Shown here: one piece after another, positions 26,611-32,903 of the stretch
How positions within the stretch are numbered: position 1 is the first letter of the stretch
Layout: every line of letters begins with the position of its first letter
Assembly: GCA_041940665.1 (NCBI GenBank)
Contig: JBGTRS010000001.1
Span: 1-40,804, forward strand
Origin: Pyrinomonadaceae bacterium
GTDB taxonomy: Bacteria > Acidobacteriota > Blastocatellia > Pyrinomonadales > Pyrinomonadaceae
DNA: 40,804 nt
Direction of reading: 5' to 3'
Notes under the pieces: generated by a model
What the model was told of the DNA's origin: nothing
What the model saw: the letters and a program-made list of their open reading frames with translations, nothing else
The model's database searches: none
Position numbers and translations under genes: made by a program

Positions 26611-26637
26611 ATAGTTCAAAACCTTTGATTTTTTTTC

Positions 26638-26670
26638 AAGCCGGATGTTTTTCTCATCCGGCTTTTTGTT
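26638..26670 (+). terminator. Rho-independent terminator of the Wzc-like gene, overlapping the 3' end of convergent rfbD
   Basis: The stem AAGCCGGATG (26638-26647) with CATCCGGCTT (26655-26664) has a 7-nt loop and is followed by TTTGTT. Confidence 0.6.
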
Positions 26671-27508
26671 TATCCAAAAATCTTTCCAGAGCATTTTCCC
26701 AAGGCGGCATCGGCGAAAGTCCGCTCCTTTCGCTCACCAAACATTTCAGCCGTGAATTTTTCGGACGCGGAGCGGGACGCTTCAGATCATTATAAAAAAC
26801 CGCCTCAATGAGATTTTTGTCAAAATTTCCAAGTTTGCAGATCTTTTCCGCAAATCCGAGATAGCTCGTTCCGCTTCCCGCATTCGTGATGTGAAATGTT
26901 CCTGAGAGGTCTGATTCGACAAGTTCCCGCAGACGCTTTGCAAGGTCAACGGCAAAGGTCGGCGTGCCGTAGGAATCCCTGATGGCTTTGATTTTTTTCC
27001 CTTCAGCGAGCAGGTCTTTGATGCGGCTTAAAAAATTCCTTCCGGCAAAGCCGAAGATCCAGCCCGTGCGGACAATTATCGAACGCACATATTGCTCTTT
27101 TGCCAGCTGTTCGCCGGCAATCTTTGCTTTTCCGTAAACGCTGTCGGAATCTGGCCGGTCGTCCTGCGTATAGAATCCTTCTTTCGCACCTCGGAAAACA
27201 TAATCGGTGGAGATGGTCAAAAAACGGCAGTTTGTTTCCTTTGTGGCAATCGCCAGATTTTCCACGCCCGCGGCATTGACCGCGTAGCAAACCTCCTGAT
27301 TCGTTTCCGCTCCGTCAACGTCGGTATAAGCGGCACAATTGACGACCGCATCGGGTTTGTCCCTTTGAATTATCTCTGAAACCTTCCCTTCATCGGAAAT
27401 ATCCAGTTCTTGATGAGTATAGGCGAGAACTTCATCGCCGATTTCTTCGCAATGACGGGCAAACGCTTGAGCGACCATGCCGTTCGCCCCCGTGATGAGA
27501 ATTTTCAT
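26654..27508 (-). CDS. rfbD: dTDP-4-dehydrorhamnose reductase
   Basis: 284-aa ORF. It has the MKILITGANGMVAQ Rossmann motif, ISTDYVF, the catalytic YGKAK (YxxxK) and the RTGWIFG motif typical of RmlD. Confidence 0.9.
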   Translation of the reverse strand: MKILITGANGMVAQAFARHCEEIGDEVLAYTHQELDISDEGKVSEIIQRDKPDAVVNCAAYTDVDGAETNQEVCYAVNAAGVENLAIATKETNCRFLTISTDYVFRGAKEGFYTQDDRPDSDSVYGKAKIAGEQLAKEQYVRSIIVRTGWIFGFAGRNFLSRIKDLLAEGKKIKAIRDSYGTPTFAVDLAKRLRELVESDLSGTFHITNAGSGTSYLGFAEKICKLGNFDKNLIEAVFYNDLKRPAPRPKNSRLKCLVSERSGLSPMPPWENALERFLDKQKAG

Positions 27509-27573
27509 AATCTTAAAAGGATTAAACCAAAATATCGGTAAATAAAAAAAAACGAATTACGAATTACGATCTT

Positions 27574-28188
27574 CTACTTATTCAACTTCCGCATTTGTTT
27601 GAGCAGGATTTGAGCGTGTTCTTTCGGCGAGTTTATATTTTTAAGCACAATCCGGGCATCGCTTTCGTTAGCGTTTTCAATCTCGACATCGCCGAAGCCG
27701 AGCATTCTCTGCATAAAGTTGGCCGAAACGGTGACGTCCTGAATTATGCGGAGCGGCACATTGCGGGTCGTTTTGTTAAATAACCCCTCGTCAATCTCGA
27801 CCTTTGAATCGGTCAGAGTATATCTGACCATCTTTTGTTTAAGATGAAAATAGGCCGGAATCAACAATAGCGAAAGTCCGAGCAGAACGACCGCGATCGA
27901 AGAAACGATGAACGAAGCGGAAAAAGTCCCGAGCAGTGCTAGCAGAGCCGCCAGCAAAAGCCCGCCGATAACCGCCAGGACATAGCCCAGTTTCACGAAG
28001 ATCAAAGTCGGACGGATCGAAAAGATATTTTCTTCCGTGTCTTCAGCCTGTTCCGAGTCTTCACCCAGATCGGTTGCCCGGCGGGCAACCTGCGTTTCCT
28101 CTTCGTCAACCGCCTCAAATCTGTTTCCGCATTTCTGGCAGAAAACCGCTTCATCCGAATTTTTCGCACCGCATTTTATACAAAACAT
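27574..28188 (-). CDS. Zinc-ribbon plus membrane-flanked bacterial PH (YdbS/YdbT-like) domain protein
   Basis: 204-aa ORF. MFCIKCGAKNSDEAVFCQKCGNRF is a CxxC...CxxC ribbon. Two TM helices follow, then YTLTDSKVEIDEGLFNKTTRNVPLRIIQDVTVSANFMQRMLGFGDVEI (bPH_2-like). Confidence 0.7.
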   Translation of the reverse strand: MFCIKCGAKNSDEAVFCQKCGNRFEAVDEEETQVARRATDLGEDSEQAEDTEENIFSIRPTLIFVKLGYVLAVIGGLLLAALLALLGTFSASFIVSSIAVVLLGLSLLLIPAYFHLKQKMVRYTLTDSKVEIDEGLFNKTTRNVPLRIIQDVTVSANFMQRMLGFGDVEIENANESDARIVLKNINSPKEHAQILLKQMRKLNK

Positions 28189-28197
28189 AGTTTTTCA

Positions 28198-28302
28198 GGG
28201 ATGAGTGTTAAGGGATGAGGGAATCGGCTACAAATTAAAAATTCCGATTCAAATTCGTAAAAACACTCATTCCTTGTCCCTTATCACCAATCCCTCGTCC
28301 TT
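28198..28302. repeat. Intergenic composite inverted repeat built from GGGATGAG-type purine units and their pyrimidine complements
   Basis: GGGATGAGTG (28198-28207) pairs with CACTCATTCC (28264-28273) at 9/10, and GAATCGG (28221-28227) pairs with CCGATTC (28243-28249). TAAGGGATGAGGGAAT (28209-28224) resembles the reverse complement of 28286-28302 (AAGGACGAGGGATTGG). The centre is AT-rich. A further GA-rich tract lies at 28381-28400. Confidence 0.5.
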
Positions 28303-28332
28303 AAAATAATACATAATTTCTGCAATTTAAAC

Positions 28333-28363
28333 AAAAAAAGCGGCCGGAAGCCGTTCCAGCCGC
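28333..28363 (-). terminator. Rho-independent terminator of the lytic transglycosylase gene
   Basis: The minus-strand RNA reads GCGGCUGGAA-CGGC-UUCCGGCCGC, a 10-bp stem with one G-U pair, followed by UUUUUUU (plus-strand A-run 28333-28339). It lies 47 nt after the stop. Confidence 0.75.
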
Positions 28364-28409
28364 ATGTCATTTCGACCAAGAGGAGAAGAGAGTGGGAGGG
28401 TTTGAATTT

Positions 28410-29240
28410 TTATTGCGAGACCAGACGCATTCTGCCGTCCGGTAATTTGACCGTCAAAACCTCCGGTTCATAGACCGTCAGGGGTTTTGTTTCTTCTTTT
28501 TCGATCTTTTCGGCAACCTCTTTATCATCGGGTTTTTGAACCGTTTGCAAATAACCGCCGTTGCTGATCGTTTTGTAGCGACCCGTAATGCGGCGGACAT
28601 ATTCGCGTGTTTCCCGGTACGGCGGAACATTGTTCCCGTATTTCATCACCGCCCCTTCGCCGGCATTGTAACCGGCCAGAGCCAGGACGACGTCGCCGTC
28701 AAATTTGTTCAAAAGCCAACGCATATATTTTACGCCTGCGTCAATGTTCTGCCGCGGATTGTAAATATCGGTAACACCGAATCTTCTGGCGGTGGCGGGC
28801 ATCAACTGCATCAGACCGCTCGCTCCCTTGTAGGATGTCGCCCGAATCTTGAAGGCCGATTCCTGATGCATCTGGGCGTAGATCAAAAGCGGATCAATAT
28901 TGTAGCGGCGGCAGGAATCTACGATATAAGTATCAATGACCGAATTGCCCGTCGTGAAACCGTGCATCTCCTTATTTGTTCCCATCACGAGTTTTGTGCT
29001 GTAGGAAGGATTGGTCGTTTTGTTCAGACCCATTCCTTCGTCAGCATCCATTGTCTTTTTGCTGTTTGCTGTTGTTTTCTTTGATGTGCTTTTTGAAGAG
29101 ACGATCGGTTTAACGGTCGGTGTAACCACCTCAACGCCGCGTGATGTGTCGAAGTTATCAAAAACTCTCGAACGGGTTTGAGCGAATAAAGGGGAGACGG
29201 ACAATAGACAAATTATCACGAGAAGCAATTTTTTTTGCAT
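28410..29240 (-). CDS. Lytic transglycosylase (SLT domain), secreted
   Basis: 276-aa ORF with a signal peptide (LLLVIICLLSVSPLFAQ). The SLT catalytic region is IYAQMHQESAFKIRATSYKGASGLMQLMPATARRFGV...LALAGYNAG. Confidence 0.85.
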   Translation of the reverse strand: MQKKLLLVIICLLSVSPLFAQTRSRVFDNFDTSRGVEVVTPTVKPIVSSKSTSKKTTANSKKTMDADEGMGLNKTTNPSYSTKLVMGTNKEMHGFTTGNSVIDTYIVDSCRRYNIDPLLIYAQMHQESAFKIRATSYKGASGLMQLMPATARRFGVTDIYNPRQNIDAGVKYMRWLLNKFDGDVVLALAGYNAGEGAVMKYGNNVPPYRETREYVRRITGRYKTISNGGYLQTVQKPDDKEVAEKIEKEETKPLTVYEPEVLTVKLPDGRMRLVSQ

Positions 29241-29464
29241 ATCTTTTGGTTACCTTTTCTTATATTGAGGGGGCCGAGGACGGGGTTGAAAAATTTTTCT
29301 TTTTTTATTAAACGGAATTTTTCCGCCTACTTAATAAATAAAAACCTAATAGTCTCATTTTTCCACAAAAAGTTTTACTATTGTTTAAACTTTTTTACCA
29401 AGTGATATATTAACCTGCTTCCATTCCTTTCTACAAACAAAAAAATCATATATCTTTGTAAATT

Positions 29465-30688
29465 ATGATCTATCTTTCGCAGGTTTTGGGTCGTCCGATC
29501 TACAGTTTTGCGGGCGAGGAAATTGCGACGATCAAGGATGTCGTCGTTTTATACGGAAACGAAGACTACGCCCCGATGATCGGACTCGTCGCCCGCTACC
29601 GCCGCCGTCTGTTTTTTATGCCGAAGGAACGGCTCAAGGAATTCGGCCGGAACGGAGCAAAATTAGAAACCGATATTCTCGATCTGACGCCGTTTTCGCG
29701 ACGTGACGGCGAAATTTTGCTGGCGAAGGATGTTTTGGATAAACAATTGATAGACATTGACGGCAAAAGGGTCGTCCGCGTCAATGATGTTCAACTCATC
29801 GAAACCGGAAAAGAATGGCGGGTGGCCGGTGCCGATGTCAGTTTACAGGGCTTTTTGCGACGCCTGTTCCCGGCCGGAATTTATCCCGGCAAAAAAGTGG
29901 TCGAAGTGATTGACTGGGCGGATGTCGGATATTTAGCCACCGATTCAAAGACCGTCACGGTGCAGCTCAAATCTTCCAAAGACAAACTTTCCAAACTTCA
30001 TCCGGTCGAGATCGCCCAGTTGGCCGAAGCCCTGTCGCCCGTTCACCGGATGGATATCGTCGGCTCGCTCGATGATGAGATCGCCGCCGATACTTTGGAG
30101 GAAATGTCCACGGAAAACCAGGCGAGAATTCTGGAAGAACTCGACGAAGAGCGGGCAGCCGACCTTTTGGAGGAAATGTCGCCCGACGATGCGGTGGATG
30201 TTCTCGAAGAACTTGACGACGAAAAGGCTCAGGAACTTTTCGCTCTTATGGAAGAACACGAAAAGGTTGACGTCGCCGAGCTGATGTCCTACGAAGCGGA
30301 CACGGCGGGCGGGCTGATGACGACCGAATTTGTCGCCATTCCGCAAAATCTGACCGTCGCCCAGGCGATCAATTATCTCCGGCAGATGGCGAAAACGCCG
30401 CATATGATCTATTACATATACATCACGGAAAACGAAAATTCCCGGCGACTCGTCGGAATCATTACGCTCCGGGTGCTGATCCTCGCCAATCCGGAAGATA
30501 CGATCAGCGATCTGATGCGGACGGATTTTCAAGCGGTCAGCCCGGGCGAACCTTCCGAGGATGTCGCGCTGAAGATCGCCGAATACAATCTGCTCGCTCT
30601 GCCCGTTTTGAATGACGAGGGTGAGATTTTAGGAATCGCGACGGTTGATGACGCCATGGAAATTTTATTGCCGAAGCGGTTTGATTAG
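29465..30688 (+). CDS. Soluble PRC-barrel-like / MgtE N-terminal / CBS-pair protein with no MgtE membrane domain
   Basis: 407-aa ORF. The N-terminal region of about 170 aa looks PRC-barrel-like (LGRPIYSFAGEEIATIKDVVV..., LIDIDGKRVVRVNDVQL). An acidic helical MgtE_N repeat follows (ADTLEEMSTENQARILEELDEERAADLLEEMSPDDAVDVLEELDDEKA), then a CBS pair. The ORF stops without TM helices, and only about 100 bp remain before the convergent gene. Confidence 0.8.
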   Translation: MIYLSQVLGRPIYSFAGEEIATIKDVVVLYGNEDYAPMIGLVARYRRRLFFMPKERLKEFGRNGAKLETDILDLTPFSRRDGEILLAKDVLDKQLIDIDGKRVVRVNDVQLIETGKEWRVAGADVSLQGFLRRLFPAGIYPGKKVVEVIDWADVGYLATDSKTVTVQLKSSKDKLSKLHPVEIAQLAEALSPVHRMDIVGSLDDEIAADTLEEMSTENQARILEELDEERAADLLEEMSPDDAVDVLEELDDEKAQELFALMEEHEKVDVAELMSYEADTAGGLMTTEFVAIPQNLTVAQAINYLRQMAKTPHMIYYIYITENENSRRLVGIITLRVLILANPEDTISDLMRTDFQAVSPGEPSEDVALKIAEYNLLALPVLNDEGEILGIATVDDAMEILLPKRFD

Positions 30689-30727
30689 ATTTTATTGATA
30701 TTTTGAATCTATAGTTCCAAGCAAAAA

Positions 30728-30765
30728 GAAAAGAGGCCGGCTTAAATTCAAGCCGGCCTCTTTTC
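30728..30765. terminator. Bidirectional rho-independent terminator between convergent genes
   Basis: A perfect 16-bp stem, GAAAAGAGGCCGGCTT (30728-30743) with AAGCCGGCCTCTTTTC (30750-30765), has a 6-nt loop. The 5' flank is A-rich and the 3' flank is T-rich. Confidence 0.85.
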
Positions 30766-30786
30766 TTTTCAAACAGACGCTTCAAT

Positions 30787-32145
30787 TTATTGTTCCGCGA
30801 CAAAATCAAAGTCGCTGACATTTCCGCTCAGCGTAATCATTTGCGTCGGTTGAGCAAATGTATATTGCTTGGATGAAACGGTGACCGTATATTCCTGCCC
30901 CGTCTGCAAATCCCGGAAATTGTAGTAACCGAAACCGTTTGTTCGCACCGTGACCGGAGCGGACAGATTGCCGCCGGATATGGTCACTAAAGCATATGGA
31001 ATGCTTCTGCCGTTGGCACTCAAAACCCGTCCGCCGAGCGAAGCGGTCGCCTGAGCCGGAATCATCGCGTAAGCGTGAATTTGTCCGTTCAGAACGCCTG
31101 TCCCGATGATAATACCGTCATCGCTGATGGCTTGCCCCGATGATGAAGTATTCATTGACAAGTCCCAACCGGAATTTGCCGGGATCAAATCCTGCAGACG
31201 GTATGTGTTCGTGCCGTCATAAAGAAACGGAATGGCGAATGCCGACGACGCCGTGCCGACCGCCCAGCCGTTGGAATTGACGCCGCGTGCCGAACCTTGC
31301 GACGTGCCGGTGGGAAGCGGAATTTCCGTCATTCCGTTGGCCTGCGTCCAGATAAACGGTCTGCCCGAACCCTGATTCTGCATACTCGAGCCGACGACGT
31401 GACCGTTGTTACTGACATCAAATGCTATTGCTCCGTTGGCGTTCGGCAATGCACCGACTTCAAACGCCGAACTACTGCCGATGTCATAAACCATTCCGAC
31501 ATTGCGGGCGGCATTGTTCGGGTCAATTCCGGGACCGACAACGCGGCCGAAATCGTTGATCTTAAACGCGGTTGTAAAAAAACTACCGCCGGATGTCGTC
31601 TGCGTAATAATATCCGCATTTCCGTTGCTGTAAATAACGCCGCGTTGGAGGCTTCCGCCGTTTACCGAACCGACCGCCACGCCCGAAGCGTTGATGTCAT
31701 TGGCATCGCCGAGTGTTTCGCCGGAAGGAAGCGGAAGCTGCGAAACCACTCCGTTTTGCCAGATGACGGGCAGACGTCCCGTGCCGGAAAATGAGTTGGC
31801 ACAGGTGCCGACAATGAAACCGATGTCGTTCGCACCGGCTGAAAGACAATATGTCCGTCCCGCAAGATTTGGAAGTCCGACGATGCCGCCGCCGTTTGTC
31901 CAGGAAAACGCCTGCGATCCGCCGCTTCGCAGTGAACGTCCCAAACCGACTCCGCCGGCGGAAACGCCTAAACCCTGCGATGCCGAATCGGTTTGCAAAA
32001 CACCGATGTCAAAAATCTGATACTGCGGCGGCGGATTGCCGGTGTTTGCTTCGGATTTTGAATCCTTGAATTTACTTTGGGCAAAGGTGGGAACCGTAAT
32101 TAAAGTTAATGCCAAAATTGTTGCGAAAAACCTTTTGAATCTCAT
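30787..32145 (-). CDS. Secreted repeat protein (HAF-type extracellular repeats) with a C-terminal carboxypeptidase-regulatory-like beta-sandwich
   Basis: 452-aa ORF with a signal peptide (ILALTLITVPTFAQ). It has repeated ...A.dIN..G.vVG... units (ANDIGFIVGT, ANDINASGVAVGS, INDFGRVVGP, VSNNGHVVGS, VNSNGWAVGT). The C-terminus is GGRVLSANGRSIPYALVTI...TNGFGYYNFRDLQTGQEYTVTVS. Confidence 0.7.
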   Translation of the reverse strand: MRFKRFFATILALTLITVPTFAQSKFKDSKSEANTGNPPPQYQIFDIGVLQTDSASQGLGVSAGGVGLGRSLRSGGSQAFSWTNGGGIVGLPNLAGRTYCLSAGANDIGFIVGTCANSFSGTGRLPVIWQNGVVSQLPLPSGETLGDANDINASGVAVGSVNGGSLQRGVIYSNGNADIITQTTSGGSFFTTAFKINDFGRVVGPGIDPNNAARNVGMVYDIGSSSAFEVGALPNANGAIAFDVSNNGHVVGSSMQNQGSGRPFIWTQANGMTEIPLPTGTSQGSARGVNSNGWAVGTASSAFAIPFLYDGTNTYRLQDLIPANSGWDLSMNTSSSGQAISDDGIIIGTGVLNGQIHAYAMIPAQATASLGGRVLSANGRSIPYALVTISGGNLSAPVTVRTNGFGYYNFRDLQTGQEYTVTVSSKQYTFAQPTQMITLSGNVSDFDFVAEQ

Positions 32146-32271
32146 TTATAATTTCTCCTCGTTGCTGAATAATTTTTTGCTCTCTACAACCAATAACGGA
32201 TTTCGGAACAAAACCGGCTCAAAATAATTTGAAAAAAAAGTTATAATCGGCTTTACTTTAAATAAAATAGC

Positions 32272-32844
32272 GTGGAAAACGATAAAACAAAAGAAGTTAC
32301 GGTCTTTTTAAAAGCCTGGAGCGGCGGCGACCGTCAAGCGGCTGATAGTCTTTTATCGCTTGTCTATAAGGAAATGCGGAAACTTGCCGCGAGTTATCTG
32401 CAACAGCAACGCTCCGACCATACTTTGCAGCCGACCGCCCTCGTTCACGAAGCCTATCTCAAACTTATTAACTCTTCGCAAGTCAACTGGCAGGATCGGG
32501 CACATTTTTTCGCCGTTGCCGCCCAAACGATGCGGAATATTTTGGTTGACCACGCCCGGGCGGTTGCGGCGGACAAACGCGGCGGCGGATTGCAAAAGAT
32601 CGAACTCGATGAAGCCGTCGGATTTTCCGACAAACAGGATGTTGATCTGATTGATCTGGACGAAGCCCTCCAACAACTCGCCGAACAGGATGAGTTGCAA
32701 AGCCGGATCATCGAACTCCGGTTCTTCGGCGGACTGACGATCGAGGAAACGGCGGAGGTTTTGGGAGTTTCTCCGGCAACCGTTAAACGCGAATGGGCGA
32801 TGGCGAGAGCTTGGCTTTTTAGAAGGATGAAGGAGAAAGGATGA
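32272..32844 (+). CDS. ECF RNA polymerase sigma factor, TIGR02999 (ECF43-like, kinase-associated) type
   Basis: 190-aa ORF with a GTG start. The N-terminal signature VTVFLKAWSGGDRQAADSLLSLVYKEMRKLAASYLQQQRSDHTLQPTALVHEAYLKL and the region-4 HTH (LTIEETAEVLGVSPATVKREW) fit this family. A Ser/Thr kinase gene follows 60 nt downstream. Confidence 0.9.
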   Translation: MENDKTKEVTVFLKAWSGGDRQAADSLLSLVYKEMRKLAASYLQQQRSDHTLQPTALVHEAYLKLINSSQVNWQDRAHFFAVAAQTMRNILVDHARAVAADKRGGGLQKIELDEAVGFSDKQDVDLIDLDEALQQLAEQDELQSRIIELRFFGGLTIEETAEVLGVSPATVKREWAMARAWLFRRMKEKG

Positions 32845-32903
32845 GAGATGATTTTCAAAGCAGTTCTTTTTTTCTTTATGCTTTATCCGACACCATTTGA
32901 TTT

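Noticed and set aside
27557-28260. A 9-bp inverted repeat, TTACGAATT (27557-27565) with AATTCGTAA (28252-28260), bracketing the zinc-ribbon/PH gene as if it were a cassette.
   Set aside because: It is short and AT-rich, found after many comparisons, and shows no target-site duplication or mobility gene. It is compatible with chance.
29288-29299. A perfect 12-bp palindrome, GAAAAATTTTTC, in the divergent promoter region.
   Set aside because: It is simply an A-run abutting a T-run. It carries little information and is common in AT-rich spacers.
29241-29464. An M-box (Mg2+) riboswitch upstream of the MgtE_N/CBS gene.
   Set aside because: The leader is extremely AT-rich and lacks the multiple GC-rich helices expected of an M-box. 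The only G-rich tract (29269-29290) lies near the divergent gene's start. This cannot be confirmed without a covariance-model scan, but by eye nothing supports it.
32205-32247. An ECF-type promoter (GGAAC at 32205-32209) or a sigma70 -10 (TATAAT at 32242-32247) upstream of the ECF sigma gene.
   Set aside because: GGAAC is not followed by a CGT-type -10 at 16-17 nt. TATAAT has no acceptable -35 at the proper spacing, since TTGAAA is only 7 nt away. Both are too weak to call.
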